Source: a virus
Lineage: Duplodnaviria; Caudoviricetes
DNA: 63,934 bases
IMG/VR virus record: IMGVR_UViG_3300034954_002602
Location: 1-63,934 of that record
Direction: 5' to 3' (one strand)
The notes beneath the pieces were generated by a model. It saw only the letters and a list, made by a program, of their open reading frames with translations, was not told where the DNA came from and searched no databases. The first letter of the stretch is position 1. Each line of letters opens with the position of its first letter. The position numbers were made by a program, and so were the translations under genes. Of this stretch, positions 38,537-48,212 are shown piece by piece.

Positions 38537-38890
38537 ATGTATAAATGTTCAGCAAAAGCAAGTTTGGTTTTAGATCAAGTGAGATCTAGATGCCAAGAGG
38601 ACACGCAGACTAACAACAAGTGGAGAGGCAGATCTGGAAACTATATGTATATCATGGGCAGAGAGAACGCTGATGGTAAGGCTACAGGTGTGGTACACAA
38701 GATTGCAGAAGATGGTTCTCACAAGTTATGTGGATCATTCAAGATAATGAGTGATGGTATCATAACAAGGTTCACAGGATTGTCTAAAGCAGACTGGAAC
38801 AATGCTATGAGAAATGCGGAAGCCGAGTACAAAGCGAAGTACGAAGCAGAAACTACAGAACCAGCAACAGAACAAAAAGTTGCAGTATAA
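38537..38890 (+). CDS. hypothetical (probably early) protein
   Basis: AAGGAG SD; strong promoter. Confidence 0.75.
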   Translation: MYKCSAKASLVLDQVRSRCQEDTQTNNKWRGRSGNYMYIMGRENADGKATGVVHKIAEDGSHKLCGSFKIMSDGIITRFTGLSKADWNNAMRNAEAEYKAKYEAETTEPATEQKVAV

Positions 38891-38977
38891 TATTGATCAG
38901 TGGGTTCGAGTGCTCCAATAGTGCCAACGAGGCCAATGCAGTAAAATTCTCGGCCCACTGACTAACTACAATTTACA

Positions 38978-39622
38978 ATGGTGAAAAAATACGTAAAAAG
39001 ATTTATCTATTTCTGTATATGTGTAGGCTTCGTTATTGTGGCCACATATATCGCAGGCACATTCCATCCTAATGATTACACAGTTCAGAAGATCGAAGAC
39101 GAGATTCACAGGAAGGAAATGAAGGTAGTGGAAGAACTTGGTTTGAAAGAACCAGAGTTTGAATTCACTGATAAAGTTTCTTTCATTAATGCTACCGCCA
39201 AATGTATTGCCTATCTCAACTGGACCACAGACAGAGATAAGAGAGTGCCCACTAGCATTATTATTGCAATGGCGGGTATAGAAAGTGCCTGGGGCAAGAG
39301 CAGATTCGCAAAAGAAGGTAATGCACTATTTGGTGTGAGGACCTGGGATCTCAAAGGCACACCACATATGAAAGCACTTGGCAATCCAGATGCAGAATGG
39401 GGTGTCAAAAAATACAACACAAAATGCCAATCTGTGAAAGATATGATAAGGATTTTAAACACGCACCCTGCATATGAGAAGTTCCGAGACTTCAGAGAAC
39501 AACAGATAGACGCAGGCGAATGGAACTACAGTCAACTATTATCCGGTATGACTGCCTGGAGCACCAATCCAGATTACCAAAAAATAATACTTTCTACCAT
39601 AGTTGACAATAAATTACCCTAA
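38978..39622 (+). CDS. Bax-like glucosaminidase (GH73) with N-terminal TM anchor
   Basis: A.IESAWGKSRFAKEGNALFGV, LNTHPAY..FR, WSTNPDY. Confidence 0.85.
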   Translation: MVKKYVKRFIYFCICVGFVIVATYIAGTFHPNDYTVQKIEDEIHRKEMKVVEELGLKEPEFEFTDKVSFINATAKCIAYLNWTTDRDKRVPTSIIIAMAGIESAWGKSRFAKEGNALFGVRTWDLKGTPHMKALGNPDAEWGVKKYNTKCQSVKDMIRILNTHPAYEKFRDFREQQIDAGEWNYSQLLSGMTAWSTNPDYQKIILSTIVDNKLP

Positions 39623-39636
39623 TAGTATAATTTAGA

Positions 39637-39999
39637 ATGGGATTCATACAAATGAAACTGCCAAAACGTATCAAGCACAAGATCGAGAACTCTCGTAGGA
39701 ATAGGGAGGCACAGGCAAACCACGAAGAGTGGTTGGCATCGCAAGGACTTGACAACTACACACTGAAACAGGCATCTAAAAGATTCAAGGGTTATGACAT
39801 ACCCAAGTACGATTCCGATCCCAATCAACCCAAGTGCGGTGACAAGATACCTGTCAATGGTGGCAAGAAAGCAGAGCCACAGGCCTACTCTGGAGAACGT
39901 AAGTTGTTGGGCATAGGTCTTATGCACAAAAGCAATCTTGTTCCTGTGTGGGACGAAGAAGGTGCAAAAGAAATCACGGCAATGAAAGGTAACAAATAA
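39637..39999 (+). CDS. hypothetical phage protein
   Basis: YSG..LLGIG.MHKSNLVPV motif; ATG 5 nt after TTGACA-17-TATAAT. Confidence 0.7.
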   Translation: MGFIQMKLPKRIKHKIENSRRNREAQANHEEWLASQGLDNYTLKQASKRFKGYDIPKYDSDPNQPKCGDKIPVNGGKKAEPQAYSGERKLLGIGLMHKSNLVPVWDEEGAKEITAMKGNK

Positions 40000-40229
40000 T
40001 GAGTAATCATTTGAGAAACATAAGAGCATTGTTCGAGAATGCTAAAAATTTTGAAGTCAGTAGAAAGATAGACACATACGAATATGAGTCTCTGGAAAAA
40101 CTGATATTAGATGACAACGTGAGATACAGTGAGATAATGGAGATATTCACAGACAAAGATTATCGAGAATGGTTCCACGACAGAAACTTCCAGGGCAAAG
40201 AATTCAACATCACCAGATTCCACGAGTAA
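39999..40229 (+). CDS. hypothetical protein
   Basis: TAATG coupling. Confidence 0.65.
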   Translation: MSNHLRNIRALFENAKNFEVSRKIDTYEYESLEKLILDDNVRYSEIMEIFTDKDYREWFHDRNFQGKEFNITRFHE

Positions 40230-40474
40230 TGAAAATCCGTTATTACAAAAAAATAGACGGATGGAGATGGTTAGGATTTATCCTGGCCATGGTGAGTGCC
40301 TTTACCTTGAGTGGTGGTAATCCTGATGTGCAATGGATTGGTTGGTCGGTGGCACTTATTTCTTGTAGCATCTGGATATGGATGGGCATAAAGGACCAAG
40401 ACACACCTAGGGCATTGATGGAATTGATGTATCTTTTACTAGCCGTTCGTGGTGTGTACAGTTGGCTGGCTTAA
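40229..40474 (+). CDS. small 3-TM membrane protein
   Basis: Start MKIRYY via TAATG coupling. Confidence 0.65.
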   Translation: MKIRYYKKIDGWRWLGFILAMVSAFTLSGGNPDVQWIGWSVALISCSIWIWMGIKDQDTPRALMELMYLLLAVRGVYSWLA

Positions 40475-40549
40475 AAAGCCAATAAAATCAACACTTCTAG
40501 CAAGATCAACCCTGGTTGACGTATTTGGAAATTGTGCTATAATTTTACT

Positions 40550-40693
40550 ATGATTAGACTAATAATACTATTTGCAATCTTCCTAGCGGTATATCCGATG
40601 ATAGGTGATGGTTGGGCACAATTCAGCAATGACTTTAATGTTGCTGGTGTATCCGATTTCATATCAGAGCAGATTGCGAAACTTAACAAATAA
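40550..40693 (+). CDS. 47-aa membrane/secreted peptide
   Basis: MIRLIILFAIFLAVYPMIGDGW...; ATG 6 nt after TTGACG-16-TATAAT. Confidence 0.6.
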   Translation: MIRLIILFAIFLAVYPMIGDGWAQFSNDFNVAGVSDFISEQIAKLNK

Positions 40694-40701
40694 GGAAACA
40701 A

Positions 40702-41253
40702 ATGAAACAACTGAATAGATTGATCTTGTTGTTGGTTGCAGGCCTAATGTTGGCACAATGCTCAACCTATAAGATCAAGCCAGATATGAACAAGAGTGGC
40801 GTTGTGAACAAGACACCTAAGTGGTATGTTGATTACAAACACGAAACTCTTTTCAAGTACCAAGAGGCGGCGACAGCAGTGAGTCCAGATATGGAGTTGG
40901 CTGTGAAAAAAGCCACATTGTTGGCAAAGGCTAAACTTGTTGACAGGATCAACGGCGAGATGAACAACAGAACCACTATCAAGAAAGATGAGTCTGGAAC
41001 AAACGAAGACCTGAATGTTAGTGCTGGATCTCAAGACATAATTGTGAATGTGATAGAAGACACTCTTGCGAGAGGTTACGAAGTGACTAAACAAGAAATG
41101 TTCCTTACAAAGACTAAATCTTACAGAGTTTACGTAATGATAGAAGTCAGTAAGAAAGAAGTCGAGGAGATCATCACACAGGTCAACAAGAATAAATTGG
41201 CTTTAATTAACTCGGATGCTTTGGATAAAGCGGCAGACAAGGTGCTTAACTAG
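40702..41253 (+). CDS. lipoprotein (LPP20-like)
   Basis: Lipobox LAQC; PKWY; A.S.D...A..KA...AK..L. Confidence 0.65.
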   Translation: MKQLNRLILLLVAGLMLAQCSTYKIKPDMNKSGVVNKTPKWYVDYKHETLFKYQEAATAVSPDMELAVKKATLLAKAKLVDRINGEMNNRTTIKKDESGTNEDLNVSAGSQDIIVNVIEDTLARGYEVTKQEMFLTKTKSYRVYVMIEVSKKEVEEIITQVNKNKLALINSDALDKAADKVLN

Positions 41254-41255
41254 AT

Positions 41256-41624
41256 ATGAAGTTTGACAACATAATCAAATTGATACTCCTAGTGATGGTC
41301 ACCTTGTTTGTGATGACTTTCTATCTAGTCACCTACGCCAACGCAGGTGGTCCTTGGAGCAATCAATACTGTGACGTAGAAATCACAAAAGTGAGAGTGA
41401 TTGATCAGCAAGGCAATGTGGTAGAAAATCTCACAGAAGAGAAAATGGTTTGCAATGACGGAGCATCGGACTTCTTGTTTGATATGGGCATAGCAGACAC
41501 TTGTGAAATGTACACTTGGGATATGCCAATAGGTGAAACTCTCGTAACACAAAGGCAAGTTGCCTGTGAGAAAATGGATGGTACTGGATATGAGATTGTT
41601 CAAGGTTATCATAGTATTGAGTAG
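41256..41624 (+). CDS. secreted hypothetical protein
   Basis: Signal peptide; four Cys. Confidence 0.6.
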   Translation: MKFDNIIKLILLVMVTLFVMTFYLVTYANAGGPWSNQYCDVEITKVRVIDQQGNVVENLTEEKMVCNDGASDFLFDMGIADTCEMYTWDMPIGETLVTQRQVACEKMDGTGYEIVQGYHSIE

Positions 41625-42015
41625 CCTACTGCTGGGCACATCAGCATCGGCTAAGGACAAGATAGGCGAAATGCCTCCCCCGGTTTGGTTGGGCGATGAT
41701 GTGAAATACAGTATGCCTGCGTTCCTGTTTAGAGGCACACAGTTCCTTAGATTTAGACTCAAAAAGGAAGAGAAGAAGATGCACGAATCTGCGGTGTTCT
41801 TTGCATTGACAAACACGCAAAATGGCCAGATAGTAAGTTGGTACAGTAAGAAGCGACTAGCAGGTGGCAAGGTGCGTGTGATACATTCATACCCTATTTC
41901 GGGCGGATATTGCCGTACGTATCAAGCATATATCAAAGTAAAGGGTAAAGAAAGGCATATGACCAACAATGCCTGCAAATATGTTGGTGCACCTAGTTGG
42001 TCCTTTTATAAATAA
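41590..42015 (+). CDS. 17-kDa surface antigen (RT0821/Lpp0805)-like protein
   Basis: AL...NG..VSW...G.V...G.CR.Y...AC...W. Confidence 0.6.
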   Translation: MRLFKVIIVLSSLLLGTSASAKDKIGEMPPPVWLGDDVKYSMPAFLFRGTQFLRFRLKKEEKKMHESAVFFALTNTQNGQIVSWYSKKRLAGGKVRVIHSYPISGGYCRTYQAYIKVKGKERHMTNNACKYVGAPSWSFYK

Positions 42016-42053
42016 TTCATATAAATAAGTACATAAGACAAAGGATTTAAACA

Positions 42054-42710
42054 ATGGCAACAGTTGAACCAAAATCATTATACGCGGTTTCTCCAGCAGA
42101 ACCACAACAAACGTATTTTACAGTATCAATCGCACAGGGCGGTTTCGCAGACTCGGCCGACGCAAATGGTGGTAGAGTATCACCGTGTGTTGCAAAAGAC
42201 TTCGCAACAGCACCAACAACATTAGCAGAATCATTAAAAGTTTCAAGGGGTAACCTAAGATGGAAAATGATGATGGAAGCATTGGCTGTACGTTCAAATT
42301 TCAAGGTTCACAACATTGTAACAACATATGCCAGTGATGCAGGTGACACACCAATTGGCACACTAGCATTTGGTTTAGTGTTTGATAACCCAGATTTTAT
42401 TCCAACTACTGGTACTACTATCGACGGTTCTACAACTACAACAACGAAAGCATTATACATCCAAGACAAAATTGCAGAAGCATTGAACACAACAAGAACA
42501 GAGAATATGGGTGTGTTCGATCCATCTACAGTCGACGGTACTGCGAATGCAAACGAATTGAGAACTTTAGAAGTTACAGCAGGACCTGTGGTATCAGCCT
42601 CAGTTGGTGAGATAGTTGAAGCGATCACTGTTACGGCAGTGTCGGCGTTTGCTCCTAACACTAGCAACCAATTGGCTACTGACAACGCATTAACTTACTC
42701 AGCAGAGTAA
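42054..42710 (+). CDS. probable virion structural protein
   Basis: Thr/Ala-rich; tandem TATAAATA upstream. Confidence 0.6.
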   Translation: MATVEPKSLYAVSPAEPQQTYFTVSIAQGGFADSADANGGRVSPCVAKDFATAPTTLAESLKVSRGNLRWKMMMEALAVRSNFKVHNIVTTYASDAGDTPIGTLAFGLVFDNPDFIPTTGTTIDGSTTTTTKALYIQDKIAEALNTTRTENMGVFDPSTVDGTANANELRTLEVTAGPVVSASVGEIVEAITVTAVSAFAPNTSNQLATDNALTYSAE

Positions 42711-42775
42711 TCTAATTACCAATAAAAACACTAGCGTTCTTTTGACGCATCTGCTATAGTAAATACACTTTATAA

Positions 42776-45475
42776 ATGTTTATAGCAATACTCACACTCC
42801 TATCGGCTCTATCCATTTCAGGTGTAGCGATATTCTATTCTGTAATTGGACTAGCCACAATATTCCCTGGAGCATTCTGGCCAGTGGTTATAATGGGATC
42901 AGTATTGGAAGTGGGTAAATTGGTCACGGCATCATGGCTGTACAGAAACTGGCGACACACCCGCTGGCTGTTGAAGACATACCTGACCATTGCGGTCATT
43001 GTGTTGATCTGTATAACGTCAATGGGTATCTTTGGTTTCCTATCCAAAGCACACCTAGAGCAGAACCTAGCGGAAGACACTGTCACACAACGGATCGACA
43101 TAATCAACAACAAGATACTGTCAGAAGAGACCTACATCAAGAGACAGAAAGACACTATCATAAGATTAGAGTCAACACTCAACAGGACCACAACGTCAAA
43201 CACAGGTGCACTGGACATAGAGATACAGAGCCTCAAGGACGCTGAAGACAAATTCAAAACACTACTTGCGGTCGAGACCAACACTGTGAAGGATCTCAAC
43301 GACCAACTCAAAACCACATTGAAAGACCTCAACGACAGATTGAGAACACTGGACAAGGATGTAAGCGATGTGCTCAACGCCAATAAACAGTTCTTCAATG
43401 AGGAGAGAGCGGCCGCTGAACTGAAAGCATCACAGAAGGAAGAGCGTGAACAGATCGCCAACAAGATAGCAGAAGCAGAGAAAACAATAGCGATCAAGAT
43501 AGCAGAAGCACAGGCCAGGATACAGATCCTCAAGGATGACTACGCCAAAGACACAGACAAGATACAGGCAAGGATCGATGGTTTGAGAAAAAGCAACGTC
43601 TCAGACAACTCAGATGTCAGCAACGACATTGAAAAAGCAGAACAGAACATCATTGACGCACAGAACAGGATAGACGGATACATCGTGGAGAGGGAACCAC
43701 TACAGAGTTCAATGTTGAAGTTGGAAGCGGAAGTTGGACCTGTGAAATACATAGCCGCACTGGCGGTTGATTTTGGAATAACAGATAAAGTAAACACTTC
43801 AGAAGCAGTGAGATGGGTGATACTGATCATCATTGTTGTGTTTGACCCACTGGCTGTACTACTATTGATTGCGGCAAACCAAAGTTTCCTAAGAAGATTC
43901 CCAGTCAAAGCACCAAAACCACAAGAAGTGATTGATCTGGAGAAACCAGATGAAGAAGATGTCACCCTTAAATGGAACGAGATGATTGATAAAGCCAAGG
44001 AACAAGCGGCCAAGGAAAATGCTGAGAAGCAAATGAAAGAGTGGCAGGACAAATTACAAGCATTTAACAAAAAAGTGCCACAACCAGAGGACAAGCCTGT
44101 GGAAATCGTGCAGGAGCAGGACGACAGCACAGTTCCATATGTAGAACTAAAAGGCCAAAAAAAAACTGAAGACGAAGAAATAGCAGTAGATAATATGAAA
44201 GATGGATTCGATCCAGACGAGGTGATGTTTGATCTTACAGAACCAGCGGTTGATAAACAAAAACAACTAGAAGAATTCAAGAAACGTGAGGAAGAAGAAA
44301 AAGCGGAACTAGAGCGTATAGCGGAAGAGGCCAGGAAAGAAGAAGTTACAACAACAGTTGAAGAAGCATTAAAAATGACAGAGGCAGAGAGTGTTGAAAC
44401 TCCAATCCAAGAAGAAAGGATCAAACCAGATCTTACAGAAGTAATTGAGCCTGAAGTGAAGATAGAGGACAAAGCACCAAAGAAACCAGTGGTTGGAATG
44501 TTGGGCACAAGGACCGTAGAAGAAAGAACAGGAAAGGTGGTAGAGCCCCCAAAGCCGGAACTGCCGAATCCGGCGGACCTGACAAGTGATGAACGTAAGA
44601 AAATGCTTGACGCATTTCACAACATCAATGGCAAATTTGAAGATATCACCCTTGAAGAATTGAAAATGGAGAGAGACGAAAGCAATAGAGCACAATACCT
44701 AGCAGACGTAAGCCTAACACGAGAAGATGCGGAATCACAACCTGCCATCACAGAGTCACGTATGAATTTCTTCCAAGATATGATAGATGACATCCTGCGT
44801 GGAGATACTACTTTTGAAAATGTACCTGAAGAGAATAGGAAGATCATAGCACAACTTATGGATCCAGAAATGCCTAACCCACCAATTATAACAAAAGGAT
44901 CTGCACTCATACCAGAAGGTGAAGAGGGAGTTGAAAAAACTACAGCAGAAGGTCTTAAAGAAAAGTTCATGGCACATCCTGAGTCGGAAGAACGACCGAT
45001 GACAGATCAAGAACTAGATGATTTACTTCAAGGGTGGGAAGATGAAAACAAACCAGAACCCGGACAAAAAACAAGAATGATCATAAGGAATGGGCAACGA
45101 GTCTTTGTTCCTGTGGAAGATAAAAAAGAAGAATACATACAGAACGAAGAGCAGTCTGATCAAACACTATGGCAGAAAAGCAAAGAACTAGACATACCAG
45201 AACCTGAGAAGAATGAGATAATCTTACCAGATCTAGAAAACACCGTAGACGAAGTGCCTGAGATAGTAGAAAACATTTCAATGGAGCAAAACATTCCTAG
45301 TGAAAAATTCGCCAAGTACAAAAAAAGAATTACCAGCGAAGAAGATTATCACCAGAGAATTGAGGCCAGGATCAACGACCTGATAACTAAATTAGAAAGC
45401 AAAGAAATAAAACTTTCTGACTTGTCCGAGGAAGACAAAAATGTTATAATTGAAATATTAAACCAAGACGAATAG
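42776..45475 (+). CDS. large membrane protein with coiled coil and acidic C-terminus
   Basis: 3 N-terminal TMs (LEVGKLV, TSMGIFGFLS), coiled coil, TM with VFDPLA, Glu/Pro-rich tail. Confidence 0.75.
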   Translation: MFIAILTLLSALSISGVAIFYSVIGLATIFPGAFWPVVIMGSVLEVGKLVTASWLYRNWRHTRWLLKTYLTIAVIVLICITSMGIFGFLSKAHLEQNLAEDTVTQRIDIINNKILSEETYIKRQKDTIIRLESTLNRTTTSNTGALDIEIQSLKDAEDKFKTLLAVETNTVKDLNDQLKTTLKDLNDRLRTLDKDVSDVLNANKQFFNEERAAAELKASQKEEREQIANKIAEAEKTIAIKIAEAQARIQILKDDYAKDTDKIQARIDGLRKSNVSDNSDVSNDIEKAEQNIIDAQNRIDGYIVEREPLQSSMLKLEAEVGPVKYIAALAVDFGITDKVNTSEAVRWVILIIIVVFDPLAVLLLIAANQSFLRRFPVKAPKPQEVIDLEKPDEEDVTLKWNEMIDKAKEQAAKENAEKQMKEWQDKLQAFNKKVPQPEDKPVEIVQEQDDSTVPYVELKGQKKTEDEEIAVDNMKDGFDPDEVMFDLTEPAVDKQKQLEEFKKREEEEKAELERIAEEARKEEVTTTVEEALKMTEAESVETPIQEERIKPDLTEVIEPEVKIEDKAPKKPVVGMLGTRTVEERTGKVVEPPKPELPNPADLTSDERKKMLDAFHNINGKFEDITLEELKMERDESNRAQYLADVSLTREDAESQPAITESRMNFFQDMIDDILRGDTTFENVPEENRKIIAQLMDPEMPNPPIITKGSALIPEGEEGVEKTTAEGLKEKFMAHPESEERPMTDQELDDLLQGWEDENKPEPGQKTRMIIRNGQRVFVPVEDKKEEYIQNEEQSDQTLWQKSKELDIPEPEKNEIILPDLENTVDEVPEIVENISMEQNIPSEKFAKYKKRITSEEDYHQRIEARINDLITKLESKEIKLSDLSEEDKNVIIEILNQDE

Positions 45476-45477
45476 AA

Positions 45478-46065
45478 ATGGCAAAAGGTGATAAGCACGT
45501 AGGTGCACAAGACGTACAAGGAAACAAAGAGCAAAAATCAGAAATTGCAGTCACAGGTGCAAAATTGGATCTAAGGAAAAAGAACGGAACCATAACATTA
45601 GTGACGCCTCCGAGTTTCTTTCAAAACCAAAACAGAAGTTTCTGTTTGATTAATCTTAGCAAAAAAGACAAAGATAATTTTGCTGACCAAATAAACAAAT
45701 ACTTTCCAAAGGACGACCTAACAATTTATCTGTGGGATGATAACAACTTTTCTGCACTGGATCCTTTTGGAGGCGATGATCCTGAATACGAGAGATATCT
45801 CGAGAACTGGAAACCAAACGCCAAGGGCAGAGACTACACTTGGTTGTTGAATGCCTGCAGGGCGGCAACCACTGTAATATTGAATATGGACTACAGTTCT
45901 AATCAAATGAAAGTATGGTCAGGTTACATTCTCACAATGGCCAAGACTTGGTTCCTAAACTCCAATGTAGATGATTCAGCATCGTTTGGTGTACTAAACA
46001 GAAACAAGATCAACGGAATGCACGAGTTGTTTCCAAAGATCCAAAAACTCAAAGATAATCAGTAA
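45478..46065 (+). CDS. hypothetical protein
   Basis: Coupled to clpX. Confidence 0.65.
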   Translation: MAKGDKHVGAQDVQGNKEQKSEIAVTGAKLDLRKKNGTITLVTPPSFFQNQNRSFCLINLSKKDKDNFADQINKYFPKDDLTIYLWDDNNFSALDPFGGDDPEYERYLENWKPNAKGRDYTWLLNACRAATTVILNMDYSSNQMKVWSGYILTMAKTWFLNSNVDDSASFGVLNRNKINGMHELFPKIQKLKDNQ

Positions 46066-47309
46066 TGTCCGAAGAGACATTGGTATGCTCGTTCTGTAGC
46101 AAGAGTCGTAAAGACGTCACCAAGATGATCGTTGGTGCAAAGAAAACATCAATTTGCAATGAGTGTGTTAAATTGTGTGTTGAGATCCTAGAAGAAGATG
46201 TGATCAAAGCACGTAAGGAGAAACTGTACGCAGGTGACAAAAACATACTCAATCCTGTGGCAATCAAAGAACACCTTGATCAATATGTGATAGGCCAAGA
46301 TCAAGCAAAGACTATCCTTAGTGTTGCAGTGGCGAACCATTACAAACGAATTGTTCAGCCACCTATTGACTTCGAACTAGACAAGTCAAACGTGATGGTG
46401 CTTGGTGCCACTGGTGCAGGTAAAACACTAATGGCGAGGACAATCGCGAAATACTTGGACGTTCCATTTGCGATAGCAGACGCAACCACATTGACAGAAT
46501 CAGGATATGTTGGTGAGGATGTTGAGAACGTGGTGCAGAAACTGTATGCCAATGCAGAAGGTGACATTGAGAAAACTGAAAAAGGAATAATATTCATAGA
46601 CGAGATTGACAAGATCTGCCGTAAAGGAGAGAACACATCTCTCACCAGAGACGTGTCGGGCGAGGGTGTGCAACAAGGGTTACTGAAGATAGTAGAGGGC
46701 ACGGAGTGTAGGGTGCCTCCACATGGCGGACGAAAGCATCCAGATCAGCAGACTGTGACAATAGACACAAAGAACATATTGTTTATAGTTGGAGGTGCGT
46801 TCACAGAATTAGAGAAACAAATAAGATCAAAGAAATCTGGAGGGATAGGCTTTGGCACACAACTGAGAGAACAGGATGAGAAGAATTATCTCAGTGAAGT
46901 AAAACCAGAAGATCTAATCAAATATGGACTTATACCAGAATTTGTTGGAAGGTTCTCAATGATCACAAACATAGATCCTTTGAATGAAGCACAGTTGATC
47001 AGAATATTGACAGAACCTCGTAACGCCATATTGAAACAGGTACACTACCTGTTTGGACTGGACAACATAGAAATTGAATTTACCAAAGAAGCCAAGCAGA
47101 GCATAGCCAAGAAAGCAAAAGCACTGGGCACCAACGCAAGGGGACTTAAAAACGTAGTAGATACTGTGGTTCTTCCCTATCAATTTGACGCTGAGGAGAT
47201 GAGAAGCAAGGGAGTTGGCAAGATACAGATAACTAATGCGGTGGTTGACAATGAAGCAGACCCTGTGTTAGTATTTAAAAAAGATGGATCAACAAAGAAA
47301 CAAATTTAA
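46065..47309 (+). CDS. clpX: ATP-dependent Clp protease ATPase subunit ClpX
   Basis: CSFC..CxxC Zn finger, [35 protein letters not shown] loop. Confidence 0.95.
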   Translation: MSEETLVCSFCSKSRKDVTKMIVGAKKTSICNECVKLCVEILEEDVIKARKEKLYAGDKNILNPVAIKEHLDQYVIGQDQAKTILSVAVANHYKRIVQPPIDFELDKSNVMVLGATGAGKTLMARTIAKYLDVPFAIADATTLTESGYVGEDVENVVQKLYANAEGDIEKTEKGIIFIDEIDKICRKGENTSLTRDVSGEGVQQGLLKIVEGTECRVPPHGGRKHPDQQTVTIDTKNILFIVGGAFTELEKQIRSKKSGGIGFGTQLREQDEKNYLSEVKPEDLIKYGLIPEFVGRFSMITNIDPLNEAQLIRILTEPRNAILKQVHYLFGLDNIEIEFTKEAKQSIAKKAKALGTNARGLKNVVDTVVLPYQFDAEEMRSKGVGKIQITNAVVDNEADPVLVFKKDGSTKKQI

Positions 47310-47577
47310 ATCAAAATTTAGAAAAAACAATAGACCCTTAGGTTTCCAAGGTTATTATGTTGAAGTGCGTGAGGGTGAAGATGCCGTCAGAGCATACAGG
47401 AAGATCAAGAGATGGATCAAAGAGGACAAGTTCATTGATCAGATAAGAGCCAACAATACATACACAAAGCCATCCGCTATCAAAAGAGAAAAGCAGAAAG
47501 AACGTAGGAGAATCCTACGTAAATTGCAACGTGAACGAGATAGCAACATCTTTCTTGGCGTAAAACGAGGCAGATAA
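47284..47577 (+). CDS. rpsU: ribosomal protein bS21
   Basis: VEVREGE...A.RK.KR...Y.KPS..KR; N-terminal basic extension. Confidence 0.75.
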   Translation: MDQQRNKFKSKFRKNNRPLGFQGYYVEVREGEDAVRAYRKIKRWIKEDKFIDQIRANNTYTKPSAIKREKQKERRRILRKLQRERDSNIFLGVKRGR

Positions 47578-47599
47578 TTTTACCAAAAAAGGTCGCAAT

Positions 47600-47632
47600 T
47601 TGACATATAGTACATATATGTTATAATAAATA
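47600..47632 (+). promoter_or_regulatory. overlapping sigma70 and late promoters of hsp20
   Basis: TTGACA-16-TATAAT overlapping TAAATA. Confidence 0.75.
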
Positions 47633-47634
47633 CA

Positions 47635-47698
47635 GTTGAAGATTGCTATAGATAGGATCTTCACAACATTAACTCGCTTAACAATAGGAGGAAAGCAA
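47635..47698 (+). promoter_or_regulatory. ROSE-like RNA thermometer
   Basis: 5' hairpin TGAAGAT..ATCTTCA; CTCGCT (UYGCU) pairs with SD AGGAG with bulged G. Confidence 0.6.
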
Positions 47699-48139
47699 AT
47701 GACAAAACATCTATCTATTTTTAATAACCTAAGACCATACACAGTAGGATTTGACGACTGGTTCGATCACTTCGAAACAATGATGGACGACAGTTTCTTC
47801 AGAGGAACTAGCAACTTCCCACCATACAACATAGTGAAGACTGGTGACAACACCTACGATGTTGAACTTGCTCTTGCAGGTTTCAACAAAGACGACATCG
47901 AAGTAGAATATAAAGAGAATCTACTTACAGTCAAATCCAAGAAACAGGAAGAGACTAAAGACGAGGATGGTAATGTGATACAACACAGAGGCATTTCAAA
48001 GAGAATGTTTTCTAAATCATTTACCATTGCCAACGATGTAGAAGTCAAGGGTGCAGAACTCAAGGACGGCCTATTAAAAGTGTCAATGGAGAGAATAATC
48101 CCAGAACACAAGAAGGCTAAACTTATCGACATCAAGTAA
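47699..48139 (+). CDS. small heat shock protein Hsp20 (IbpA-like)
   Basis: FPPYNI, ELALAGF, HRGIS.R.F, A.LKDGLL. Confidence 0.93.
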   Translation: MTKHLSIFNNLRPYTVGFDDWFDHFETMMDDSFFRGTSNFPPYNIVKTGDNTYDVELALAGFNKDDIEVEYKENLLTVKSKKQEETKDEDGNVIQHRGISKRMFSKSFTIANDVEVKGAELKDGLLKVSMERIIPEHKKAKLIDIK

Positions 48140-48150
48140 TGCAAACAAAT

Positions 48151-48176
48151 GGATAGGGTGGTAAAACACCCTGTCC
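48151..48176 (+). terminator. hairpin after hsp20 (probable terminator)
   Basis: GGATAGGGTG-GTAAAA-CACCCTGTCC; weak U-tract. Confidence 0.55.
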
Positions 48177-48212
48177 TAATTGACAACTATCACAGATGTG
48201 TTATAATAAGGT

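Noticed and set aside
38900-38920. GGGTTCGAG resembling a tRNA T-loop
   Set aside because: No T-stem pairing, cloverleaf or acceptor stem; no standard tRNA was seen in the window
43540-44508. 322-aa Ser-rich antisense ORF (and similar antisense ORFs such as 58532..59203 and 61860..62465)
   Set aside because: Mirror frames of real genes caused by codon bias; no motifs or start signals
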